From: Acidimicrobiia bacterium
Lineage (GTDB): Bacteria > Actinomycetota > Acidimicrobiia > IMCC26256 > PALSA-555
DNA length: 43,965 nt
Reading direction: 5' to 3'
Assembly: GCA_040902705.1 (NCBI GenBank)
Contig: JBBDWT010000038.1
Coordinates: 1 to 43,965 of the forward strand
The notes beneath the pieces were generated by a model. The model was not told the DNA's origin. It saw nothing but the letters and a program-made list of their open reading frames with translations, and searched no databases. Position numbers and translations under genes: made by a program. Positions 8,937-16,237 of the stretch are shown here, one piece after another (the first letter of the stretch is position 1; each line of letters starts with the position of its first letter).

Positions 8937-10151
8937 ATGATGGATGCGACCGAAACGGTCATCCTGGTGCTGATCTTCGCCCTCGCCGCTGTGCTCATCG
9001 CCCTGCCGCGTGCCCTCGGCCGCCGCAAGAAGCGCGCGCGCGACGAAGCGAGCGACGCCGAGGAGCCGGATGCGGAGCAAGCGCCCGCGGGCCGGGTATC
9101 CCGGCCCGCAGCGAGCGACGCCGAACAGTCGGATGCGGAGCAAGCGCCCGCGGGCCGGGTATCCCGGCCCGCAGCGAGCGACGCCGAAGGGGAGGCCAGA
9201 AAGGAGGGCCGCCTACGCGGGCGGCTGCGGAAGTCGCGTGCGCCGTTCTCGGGCATGCGCGGGCGCATGCGCGCCCGGCGGATCGACGACGAGGTGTGGG
9301 AGGAGCTCGAGGAGACCCTCCTGCTCGCGGACACGGGGATCCCGACCACGGCGCGTCTGGTCGACGCGGTGCGGGCCCGCGCCGTCGTGCAGGGGGTGGG
9401 CGACGCCGATGCGCTGCCCGACCTGCTCGAGCGCGAGATCGCGGCCCAGCTGCACGCGACGGATGCCGACCGAACGCTCCGCCTCGAGCCCGGCCACCCG
9501 AACGTGTGGCTGCTCGTCGGCGTCAACGGCGCCGGCAAGACGACGACGGCCGCGAAGCTCGCGATGCTGACGGTCGAGGACGGCCATTCGGTGCTGCTCG
9601 CCGCGGCCGACACGTTCCGCGCCGCAGCCGCCGACCAGCTCGCCGAGTGGGGCCAGCGGCTCGGGGTCGAGGTCATCCGCGGCCAGGAGGGCGGCGATCC
9701 CGGCGCGGTCGCGTTCGACGCGGTGCAGGCTGCCGTCGCGCGCGGCATCGACCTCGTGCTCGTCGACACCGCCGGCCGGCTCCACACGAAGGTCAACCTC
9801 ATGGCCGAGCTCGAGAAGGTGCGCCGCGTCATCGAGCGCACCCCCGACGTGCTCGCCGAGGTGCTGCTCGTGCTCGACGCGACGAGCGGGCAGAACGGGC
9901 TCGCGCAAGCACGTCAGTTCGGGGAGACGATGGGGGTCACCGGGGTCGTGCTCACGAAGCTCGACGGGAGCGCGAAGGGCGGTGTGGTGCTCGCGATCGA
10001 GTCGGAGCTCGGTGTGCCGGTGAAGCTCGTCGGCGTGGGTGAGGGCGCCGACGACCTCATCCCGTTCGACCCCGACGAGTTCGCCGCTGCACTCGCCGGC
10101 CGCGACGACGACACCGTCGTCGACGACGCGGCCGCGTTGGGGGAGACCTGA
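8937..10151 (+). CDS. ftsY: signal recognition particle receptor FtsY
   Basis: An N-terminal TM anchor is followed by an acidic repeat-bearing A-domain and an NG domain with GVNGAGKTTT, DTAGR and TKLDG motifs. Confidence 0.95.
   Translation: MMDATETVILVLIFALAAVLIALPRALGRRKKRARDEASDAEEPDAEQAPAGRVSRPAASDAEQSDAEQAPAGRVSRPAASDAEGEARKEGRLRGRLRKSRAPFSGMRGRMRARRIDDEVWEELEETLLLADTGIPTTARLVDAVRARAVVQGVGDADALPDLLEREIAAQLHATDADRTLRLEPGHPNVWLLVGVNGAGKTTTAAKLAMLTVEDGHSVLLAAADTFRAAAADQLAEWGQRLGVEVIRGQEGGDPGAVAFDAVQAAVARGIDLVLVDTAGRLHTKVNLMAELEKVRRVIERTPDVLAEVLLVLDATSGQNGLAQARQFGETMGVTGVVLTKLDGSAKGGVVLAIESELGVPVKLVGVGEGADDLIPFDPDEFAAALAGRDDDTVVDDAAALGET
9048..9188 (+). repeat. 63-bp in-frame tandem repeat (2 full units plus a 15-nt partial) inside ftsY; each full unit has a perfect 10-bp-stem hairpin
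   Basis: Units 9048-9110 and 9111-9173 differ at 3 positions. The hairpin GCGGGCCGGG-TAT-CCCGGCCCGC occurs at 9087-9109 and 9150-9172. Confidence 0.95.
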
Positions 10152-11560
10152 TGTTCGACTCCCTGTCCGAGCGCTTCGACGGGATCTTCAAGCGCCTGCG
10201 CGGGCGCGGCAAGCTCACCCCGCCCGACGTCGACGAGGTCGCCCGGGAGATCCGGCTCGCGCTGCTCGAAGCAGATGTGAACGTGCGCGTCGTGAAGCAG
10301 TTCATCGCCCGCATCAAGGAGCGCGCGACCGGCGCCGAGGTCGCCGAGAGCCTCAGCCCCGGCCAGCAGGTCATCAAGATCGTCCACGAGGAGCTGGTCT
10401 CCACGCTCGGCGGCGCGAGCGGCAAGCTCCGCACCGTGTCCAAGCCGCCGACGGTCATCGTCCTCGCCGGTCTGCAGGGCTCGGGCAAGACGACGGCCGC
10501 GGCGAAGCTCGCGCGTCTGCTCGAGCACGACCAGGGCAAGCGGGTGATGCTCGTCGGTGCCGACCTCCAGCGCCCGGCCGCGGTCGAGCAGCTCCGCGTC
10601 CTCGGTGAGCGCATCGGCATCCCGGTGTTCAGCGAGCCGACCGATCCGGTCGCCGTCGCGAAGGCCGGCATCGCCGAGGCAGAGCGCCTCGGGCGCACGA
10701 CCGTCATCGTCGACACCGCGGGTCGGCTCCAGGTCGACGACGACCTCATGCACGAGCTCTCGCGCGTCGCCGACGCGGTCTCGCCGACGGACACGCTGCT
10801 CGTCGTCGACGCGATGACCGGTCAGGAGGCCGTGGCGGTCGCAGAATCGTTCGCGGGCGCGGTGCCGCTGACGGGTGTCGTGCTGACCAAGCTCGACGGC
10901 GACGCGCGCGGCGGTGCCGCGCTCTCGGTCAAGGAGGTCACCGGCCTCCCCATCCTCTTCGCCGGTGTCGGCGAGAAGGTCGAGGACTTCGAGGCCTTCC
11001 ACCCCGACCGCATGGCCAGCCGGATCCTCGGGATGGGCGACGTGCTCACGCTCATCGAGAAGGCCGAGGCCGTGTTCGACGCCGAGGAGACGGCGAAGGC
11101 GCAGGAGCGCCTGATGGACGGTCGCTTCACGCTCGAGGACTTCCTCGAGCAGATGCGGCAGATGAAGAAGATCGGTCCGCTCTCGAGCATCGTCGGCATG
11201 CTCCCCGGAGTGCCGAAGGAGATGCGCAACGCCGAGATCGACGACGGCGAGCTGGGCCGGGTCGAGGCGATCATCTGCTCGATGACGCCCACCGAGCGTC
11301 GTGATCCGACCGTGATCAACGGCTCGCGCCGGGCGCGGATCGCGGCCGGCAGCGGCACGACGACCGCCCAGGTCAACGCGCTGCTGAAGCAGTTCAAGAT
11401 GGTGCAACAGATGATGAAGTCGCTGACGAAGCCGGGGAAGCGGGGCAAGAAGGGCCGTCGCGGCGGCATGCAGCTGCCGCCGGGCGTGACGCCCGAGCAG
11501 CTCGCGGGCCTCCAGGGCGGGATGCCACCCGGCATGCCCGGTCTCCCGCCGGGTCGCTAA
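10151..11560 (+). CDS. ffh: signal recognition particle protein Ffh
   Basis: MFDSLSERF... N-terminus, GLQGSGKTTAAAKLA, DTAGR and TKLDGDARGGAALS motifs, and a Met-rich M-domain. ATG 10151 shares one nucleotide with the ftsY TGA. Confidence 0.95.
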   Translation: MFDSLSERFDGIFKRLRGRGKLTPPDVDEVAREIRLALLEADVNVRVVKQFIARIKERATGAEVAESLSPGQQVIKIVHEELVSTLGGASGKLRTVSKPPTVIVLAGLQGSGKTTAAAKLARLLEHDQGKRVMLVGADLQRPAAVEQLRVLGERIGIPVFSEPTDPVAVAKAGIAEAERLGRTTVIVDTAGRLQVDDDLMHELSRVADAVSPTDTLLVVDAMTGQEAVAVAESFAGAVPLTGVVLTKLDGDARGGAALSVKEVTGLPILFAGVGEKVEDFEAFHPDRMASRILGMGDVLTLIEKAEAVFDAEETAKAQERLMDGRFTLEDFLEQMRQMKKIGPLSSIVGMLPGVPKEMRNAEIDDGELGRVEAIICSMTPTERRDPTVINGSRRARIAAGSGTTTAQVNALLKQFKMVQQMMKSLTKPGKRGKKGRRGGMQLPPGVTPEQLAGLQGGMPPGMPGLPPGR

Positions 11561-11647
11561 CCTTGTGCGTTCGGTGCCGTCGGCATCCGAGTCCGCACGC
11601 GAGCTGCTCGTGCCCTCTGTACTTCCCGAAGTGAGGACCACTCCACC

Positions 11648-12196
11648 GTGTCCGTGAAGATCCGCCTGATGCGCGTCGGCAAGAAGAAGCAACCCACCTA
11701 CCGCGTGGTCGTTGCCGACCAGCGCAGCCCGCGTGATGGTCGCGTCATCGAGACCATCGGGCACTACGGGCCCCGCCAGGAGCCGTCGGTCATCGAGATC
11801 GACGGCGAGCGCGCCCTCGAGTGGCTGCGCAAGGGCGCGCAGCCGTCGGAGACCGTGCAGAAGCTGCTCACGATCTCGGGTGTGTGGGCAACCTACGAGT
11901 CGGAGCACTCGGGTCCGATCGACACCAAGCTCAACCGCCGCGGGTTCAAGACCGGCAAGGACGCGGGCAAGCAGGGCAAGAAGAAGAGCGAGCCCGCGGC
12001 GGCTGCTCCGGCGGCCGAAGCGTCCGGGGACGACGCGCCCGCAGCGGAAGCGGAAGCGGAAGCGCCGACCGCCGAGGCCGCCGCGAGCGAAGCTCCCTCC
12101 GCCGGTGACGAACCGGACAACGATGCGGAGCAAGCGCCCGACGAGGCGGTATCCCCGACCGCAGCGAGCGACGCCGAGGGGGAGAAGACCGAATGA
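11648..12196 (+). CDS. rpsP: 30S ribosomal protein S16 with a long Ala/Glu/Pro-rich C-terminal tail
   Basis: SVKIRLMRVGKKKQPTYRVVVADQRSPRDGR is the canonical S16 N-terminus. A ~100-aa low-complexity tail ends in the ftsY-like repeat. Confidence 0.93.
   Translation: MSVKIRLMRVGKKKQPTYRVVVADQRSPRDGRVIETIGHYGPRQEPSVIEIDGERALEWLRKGAQPSETVQKLLTISGVWATYESEHSGPIDTKLNRRGFKTGKDAGKQGKKKSEPAAAAPAAEASGDDAPAAEAEAEAPTAEAAASEAPSAGDEPDNDAEQAPDEAVSPTAASDAEGEKTE
12122..12187 (+). repeat. diverged copy of the ftsY repeat unit forming the last ~22 codons of rpsP
   Basis: GATGCGGAGCAAGCGCCCG (19/19) and GCAGCGAGCGACGCCGA (17/17) are identical to the ftsY unit. The 20-nt centre matches 12/20, and the hairpin complementarity is lost. 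Confidence 0.85.
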
Positions 12197-12582
12197 GCGA
12201 AGAGGGCCCCGACTTCGACGAGGGCATCGAAGAGGACGAGTTCGAGGACGAGGTCGCCGCCGAGGGCAACCGCATCGTCGCGACCCGCGGCGAGGACCAG
12301 TTCGAGGACGAGGTCGGCGCCGAGGGGAACCGCATCGTCGGCACCCGCGCCAAGGCCGTCGTCGAGCACGTCACCCGCGCGCTCGCCGACGAGCCCGACA
12401 TGGTCGACGTCGACCTCCAGGAGAAGGGCGGCGACGAGGTGTTCCTCCTCGTGCACGCGAGCCCCTCCGACATGGGTCGACTCATCGGTCGCCGGGGTCG
12501 CGTGATCCAGGCGATCCGGCAGGTCACGCGCGCGGCGGGTGCGCTCGAAGGCGTGAAGGCCGGCGTCGACATCGCCGAGTAG
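12193..12582 (+). CDS. KH-domain RNA-binding protein (YlqC/Rv2908c-like) with an acidic repeat N-extension
   Basis: ATGA overlap with the rpsP stop. The KH core is LLVHASPSDMGRLIGRRGRVIQAIRQV (GxxG). It holds the conserved position between rpsP and rimM. Confidence 0.88.
   Translation: MSEEGPDFDEGIEEDEFEDEVAAEGNRIVATRGEDQFEDEVGAEGNRIVGTRAKAVVEHVTRALADEPDMVDVDLQEKGGDEVFLLVHASPSDMGRLIGRRGRVIQAIRQVTRAAGALEGVKAGVDIAE
12232..12351 (+). repeat. 60-bp tandem duplication (x2) in the N-terminal extension of the KH-domain gene
   Basis: 12232-12291 and 12292-12351 differ at about 6 of 60 positions. They encode EDEFEDEVAAEGNRIVATRG and EDQFEDEVGAEGNRIVGTRA. Confidence 0.9.
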
Positions 12583-12596
12583 CCGAGTGTGCGCGG

Positions 12597-13091
12597 GTGA
12601 CTGACGCGCGCCGACTCGAGGTCGGCCGGATCGGCCGGGCCCACGGGCTCCGCGGCGAGGTCGCGGTCTCGTTCCTCACCGATCGACCCGAACGTACGCA
12701 GGTGGGTGCGACGTTCTCGGCGACGACCGAGGCCGGCGACGATCGATCCCTCGTCATCGCGACCGCACGGCCCCATCAAGACCGCTGGCTCATCCGCTTC
12801 GAAGGCGTCGCCGACCGCACGCAGGCCGAGCTCCTGCGTGGCTGCCGGCTCCACGCCGACGAGCTCCCCCCGACCGACGGCGACGGCGAGCTGTGGGTCC
12901 ACGATCTCGTCGGCGCGCGGGTCGTCGATGTCGCCGGTGCCGATCTCGGCCGGGTGACGGCGGTGGAGGCGAACCCCGCCCACGACCTTCTCGTGCTCGA
13001 GGGCGGCGGGCTCGTGCCGCTGATCTTCGTGAAGGACCACGACGCCGAGCGCATCGTCGTCGACATTCCCGACGGCCTGCTCGAGCTGTGA
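12597..13091 (+). CDS. rimM: 16S rRNA processing protein RimM
   Basis: GTG 12597 lies inside the long track ORF 11712..13091. LEVGRIGRAHGLRGEV is the RimM N-terminal motif, and a PRC-barrel C-terminus is present. The upstream part of the ORF is an out-of-frame shadow of rpsP and the KH gene. Confidence 0.9.
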   Translation: MTDARRLEVGRIGRAHGLRGEVAVSFLTDRPERTQVGATFSATTEAGDDRSLVIATARPHQDRWLIRFEGVADRTQAELLRGCRLHADELPPTDGDGELWVHDLVGARVVDVAGADLGRVTAVEANPAHDLLVLEGGGLVPLIFVKDHDAERIVVDIPDGLLEL

Positions 13092-13105
13092 CCGTGCGGC
13101 ACGCG

Positions 13106-13834
13106 ATGAGGGTCGACGTCTTCACGATCTTCCCGGAGTACCTCGAAGCCCCGCTCGGGCTGTCGATCATCGGGCGGGCGCGCACCGGCGGGCTGCTCGA
13201 CGTGCGCCTGCACGATCCGCGCGACTTCACGTCCGACAAGCACCGCAGCGTCGACGACACGCCGATGGGCGGCGGCGCGGGCATGGTGATGATGCCCGAG
13301 CCGCTCTTCGCCGCGGTCGAGGCGGTCGAGCCGCAACGCCCCCTCTACCTGCTCGCGGCGGGTGGTCGCCGGCTCGATCACGCGCTCGCGGCCGAGCTCG
13401 CCGCAGGTGACGGCTTCTCGCTGCTGTGCGGGCGCTACGAGGGCGTCGACCAGCGCGTCGCCGATCACCTCTGCGACGACGAGCTCTCGATCGGCGACTA
13501 CGTCCTCGCCGGGGGCGAGGCCGCCGCGCTCGTGGTCATCGAGGCCGTCGCCCGGCTCGTGCCGGGGGTCGTCGGCAACGAGGCCTCGACGGACGACGAG
13601 TCGTTCGTCGGGCCGCTGCTCGAGTACCCGCAGTACACCCGGCCGGCCGACTTCCGGGGCCACGTCGTCCCGGACGTGCTCCGCTCGGGGGACCACGCGC
13701 GCATCGCCCGCTGGCGGTGGGCGCAGGCGCTGCGGCGCACGCTGGCGCGCCGTCCCGACCTGGTGAATCGGGAGCTCACCGGCGAGGAGCGGCGGCTGCT
13801 CCGGGAGACCCAGGTCGACGACGCCGAGGACTAG
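13106..13834 (+). CDS. trmD: tRNA (guanine37-N1)-methyltransferase TrmD
   Basis: ATG 13106 gives MRVDVFTIFPEYL. DDTPMGGGAGMVM and LCGRYEGVDQRV motifs are present. Confidence 0.95.
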   Translation: MRVDVFTIFPEYLEAPLGLSIIGRARTGGLLDVRLHDPRDFTSDKHRSVDDTPMGGGAGMVMMPEPLFAAVEAVEPQRPLYLLAAGGRRLDHALAAELAAGDGFSLLCGRYEGVDQRVADHLCDDELSIGDYVLAGGEAAALVVIEAVARLVPGVVGNEASTDDESFVGPLLEYPQYTRPADFRGHVVPDVLRSGDHARIARWRWAQALRRTLARRPDLVNRELTGEERRLLRETQVDDAED

Positions 13835-13897
13835 CCCGCGAAGCGGCCCCGCTACCATGGTCGTTCCGCACCGAGCACCAGTCCTGGAGCCGATGAG

Positions 13898-14242
13898 ATG
13901 AATGCCACCGACCTTGTCGACCGCGCGTCGCTGCGCGACGACGTTCCCGACTTCGGGCCCGGCGACACGCTGAAGGTGCACGTCCGCGTCGTGGAGGGCA
14001 CCCGCGAGCGGGTCCAGGTCTTCCAGGGCGTGGTCATCCGCCGCAAGGGCAGCGGTGTGCGCGAGACGTTCTCGGTCCGGAAGGTGAGCTTCGGCGTCGG
14101 CGTCGAGCGCACCTTCCCCGTGCACTCTCCGATCCTCGCCAAGATCGAGGTCGTCTCCCGCGGTGACGTGCGCCGGGCGAAGCTCTACTACCTGCGCGAC
14201 CGCATCGGGAAGTCGGCCAAGATCAAGGAAAAGCGCGACTAG
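13898..14242 (+). CDS. rplS: 50S ribosomal protein L19
   Basis: [35 protein letters not shown]...FPVHSP is the L19 signature. GGAG lies 8 nt upstream. Confidence 0.95.
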   Translation: MNATDLVDRASLRDDVPDFGPGDTLKVHVRVVEGTRERVQVFQGVVIRRKGSGVRETFSVRKVSFGVGVERTFPVHSPILAKIEVVSRGDVRRAKLYYLRDRIGKSAKIKEKRD

Positions 14243-14281
14243 GGATGAGCGCGCGGCGATGAGCACCCGCTGGAGCCGGTC

Positions 14282-14575
14282 GTGAGCGCTGAAGACCTCG
14301 AGCGCTACGAGACCGAGATCGAGCTGACGCTCTTCCGGGAGTACCGCGACGTGCTCCCGATGTTCCGTTACGTCATCGAGACCGAGCGCCGCTTCTACCT
14401 CGCCAACGAGGTCGACCTACACGTCGAGCAGCACGACGGCCAGACCTTCTTCCGTCTCGACCTCACCGACGCGTGGGTCTGGGACATGTATCGCCCCGCT
14501 CGCTTCGTCACGAACGTCCGAGTCATGACATTCCGTGACGTGAACATCGAGGAGCTCGCCGGCAAGGACCTCTGA
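14282..14575 (+). CDS. DUF2469 protein (Rv2901c-like, Actinomycetota-specific)
   Basis: SAEDLERYETEIELTLFREYRDV...ETERRFYLAN...DAWVWDMYRPARFV..VRV.TF+DVNIEE closely recalls the mycobacterial Rv2901c family. Confidence 0.9.
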   Translation: MSAEDLERYETEIELTLFREYRDVLPMFRYVIETERRFYLANEVDLHVEQHDGQTFFRLDLTDAWVWDMYRPARFVTNVRVMTFRDVNIEELAGKDL

Positions 14576-14578
14576 CGG

Positions 14579-14971
14579 GTGGCCGGGGCGCAGTCGCGCC
14601 TGCCCGGTCGTCCGCCCGACCGCCGTCGCGCCGTCGGCGCGCGCGGGGAGGCGCTCGCCGCGGCGCGGTACGAGGCGGCCGGCTACGAGGTGCTCGACCG
14701 CAACTGGCGCTGTCGCGAGGGCGAGCTCGACCTCGTGCTCGGCGGTGACGGCGTCGTGGTGTTCTGCGAGGTCAAGACGCGTCGCGGCGCCGGGTTCGGT
14801 GACCCCGCCGAGGCGGTGACCGCGACGAAGCAACGTCGGATCCGCGGGCTCGCTGCTCGCTGGCTGGCCGAGCACCGCGTTCGCGCGCCGGTGGTGCGCT
14901 TCGACGTCGCGTCCGTCCGGCTCGACCCGGGCACGAAGCCCCGCGTCGACGTGATCACAGGAGCCTTCTGA
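14579..14971 (+). CDS. yraN: YraN family (UPF0102) predicted endonuclease
   Basis: GARGEALAAARYEAAGYEVLDRNWRCREGELDLV......VFCEVKTR is the YraN/UPF0102 core. It holds the syntenic position after DUF2469. Confidence 0.85.
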   Translation: MAGAQSRLPGRPPDRRRAVGARGEALAAARYEAAGYEVLDRNWRCREGELDLVLGGDGVVVFCEVKTRRGAGFGDPAEAVTATKQRRIRGLAARWLAEHRVRAPVVRFDVASVRLDPGTKPRVDVITGAF

Positions 14972-15011
14972 CGGTGCCCCGTGCCGCGAGGGGTTGCTGA
15001 CGCCAGTACAC

Positions 15012-15236
15012 CTAGCGGCGGCGCTTCTCCTCGCGGTGCCAACAGCCGGTGTGCCAATGGCGGCGCTCGCCGGGATCGGCGCGGGGCACGACGACCTCGT
15101 GGCCCTCACCGGCACGGATCTCGTGATTGCAGCCGGGGCAGCGGTACGACTTCACTGCCTGATAGGGCTGCATGTGCTGGACGTCGAACGCGTCGGGATC
15201 GTCGACCTCGTCGGGCCAGTCGTGGTGGTCGACCAT
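15012..15236 (-). CDS. small conserved zinc-ribbon protein (74 aa), function unknown
   Basis: This is the 3' terminal part of the implausible 712-aa track ORF 15012..17150. ATG 15236 gives MVDHHDWPDEVDD...YRCPGCNHEIRAGEGHEVVVP...RRHWHTGCWHRE (CxxC + H..C). Good GC3. Confidence 0.6.
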   Translation of the reverse strand: MVDHHDWPDEVDDPDAFDVQHMQPYQAVKSYRCPGCNHEIRAGEGHEVVVPRADPGERRHWHTGCWHREEKRRR

Positions 15237-15247
15237 CGTCGCGGCGA

Positions 15248-15430
15248 CTACGCGAAGAGCGCCCACACGAGCAGCGCGATCACCACGACCACCGCAGCGC
15301 CGACGAACACGTAGTCGCTGACACGACGGGTCTGCTCGCGGAACGGGTTGAAGCCCACGACGATACGGTACCGGCCATGGAGCGAGCCGAGAGCAGCGTG
15401 GCGGCGCCCGGAGCGGAGGCGAGCGACCAA
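15248..15430 (-). CDS. possible small membrane protein (true start probably GTG 15358, ~36 aa)
   Basis: The ORF ends 12 nt upstream of the zinc-ribbon gene. The C-terminal YVFVGAAVVVVIALLVWALFA is a single TM helix with good codon usage. The annotated TTG start abuts the divergent echA start, so a shorter form is more likely. Confidence 0.35.
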   Translation of the reverse strand: MVARLRSGRRHAALGSLHGRYRIVVGFNPFREQTRRVSDYVFVGAAVVVVIALLVWALFA

Positions 15431-16224
15431 TGGTGACGTCGAGCATCTCCGTGACGCGTGACGACCACGGCGTGGTCACCGTCACCCTGAACCGCCCCGA
15501 GAAGAAGAACGCTCTCGACCGCGAGATGTGGCAGAGCCTCGTCGACACGTTCGACGAGGTCGCTGCGTCGCGCGACGACCGGGTGCTCGTGATCACCGGT
15601 GCGGGTGATGCGTTCACATCGGGCGCCGACCTGAGCGGCGCCGGCGCGACCGATGTCACCAAGGGTGCAGGTGCCGCGCTGCACTCGATGCGGCTCGTGG
15701 GCCGATGCGCACTGCGTCTCCACGACCTCCCGAAGCCCACGATCGCCGCGGTCAACGGCATCGCCGTGGGTGCGGGCTGCAACCTCGCGCTCGGCTGCGA
15801 CCTGATCATCGCCTCCGACGCGGCGCGTTTCTCGGAGATCTTCGCCCGGCGCGGCCTGTCGCTCGACTTCGGGGGCTCGTGGGTGCTCCCGCGGCTGATC
15901 GGTCTGCACAAGGCGAAGGAGCTCGCTTTCCTCGCCGAGGTGATCTCCGCGGACGAGGCCGAGCGCTTCGGCATCGTGAACCGTGTGGTCCCGGCCGCCG
16001 ACCTCGAGACCGAGGTGACGGAGATCGCGCGTCGCATCGCGGCGCAGCCACCCGTCCAGATCTCGATCACGAAGAAGCTGCTGAACCAGTCGCTCTCGGT
16101 GTCGATGGGCGAGGCGCTCGAGTTCGAAGACGTCGCCCAGTCGCTCGCGTTCAGCTCCGCCGACACACGCGAGGCGATGGCCGCCTTCTTCGAGAAGCGG
16201 GAGCCGAAGTTCACGGGGGAGTAG
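15430..16224 (+). CDS. enoyl-CoA hydratase/isomerase (crotonase) family protein
   Basis: VTLNRPEKKNALD, ITGAGDAFTSGADL and AAVNGIAVGAGCNLALGCD are crotonase-fold signatures. Confidence 0.9.
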   Translation: MVTSSISVTRDDHGVVTVTLNRPEKKNALDREMWQSLVDTFDEVAASRDDRVLVITGAGDAFTSGADLSGAGATDVTKGAGAALHSMRLVGRCALRLHDLPKPTIAAVNGIAVGAGCNLALGCDLIIASDAARFSEIFARRGLSLDFGGSWVLPRLIGLHKAKELAFLAEVISADEAERFGIVNRVVPAADLETEVTEIARRIAAQPPVQISITKKLLNQSLSVSMGEALEFEDVAQSLAFSSADTREAMAAFFEKREPKFTGE

Positions 16225-16237
16225 GAGCGGGTGCCAC

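Noticed and set aside
9048-9188. Possibility that the 63-bp repeats are a small CRISPR array
   Set aside because: There are only 2.2 directly abutting units with no spacers, they lie in frame inside ftsY, and no cas genes are in the window.
12047-12067. (GCGGAA)x3.5 microsatellite in the rpsP tail
   Set aside because: It is real but trivial, encoding AEAEAEA within an Ala/Glu-rich tail. It is too short to treat as a separate element.
9914-12133. 739-aa ORF on the - strand across ftsY, ffh and rpsP
   Set aside because: It overlaps three essential genes with strong signatures on the + strand, and its product is low-complexity.
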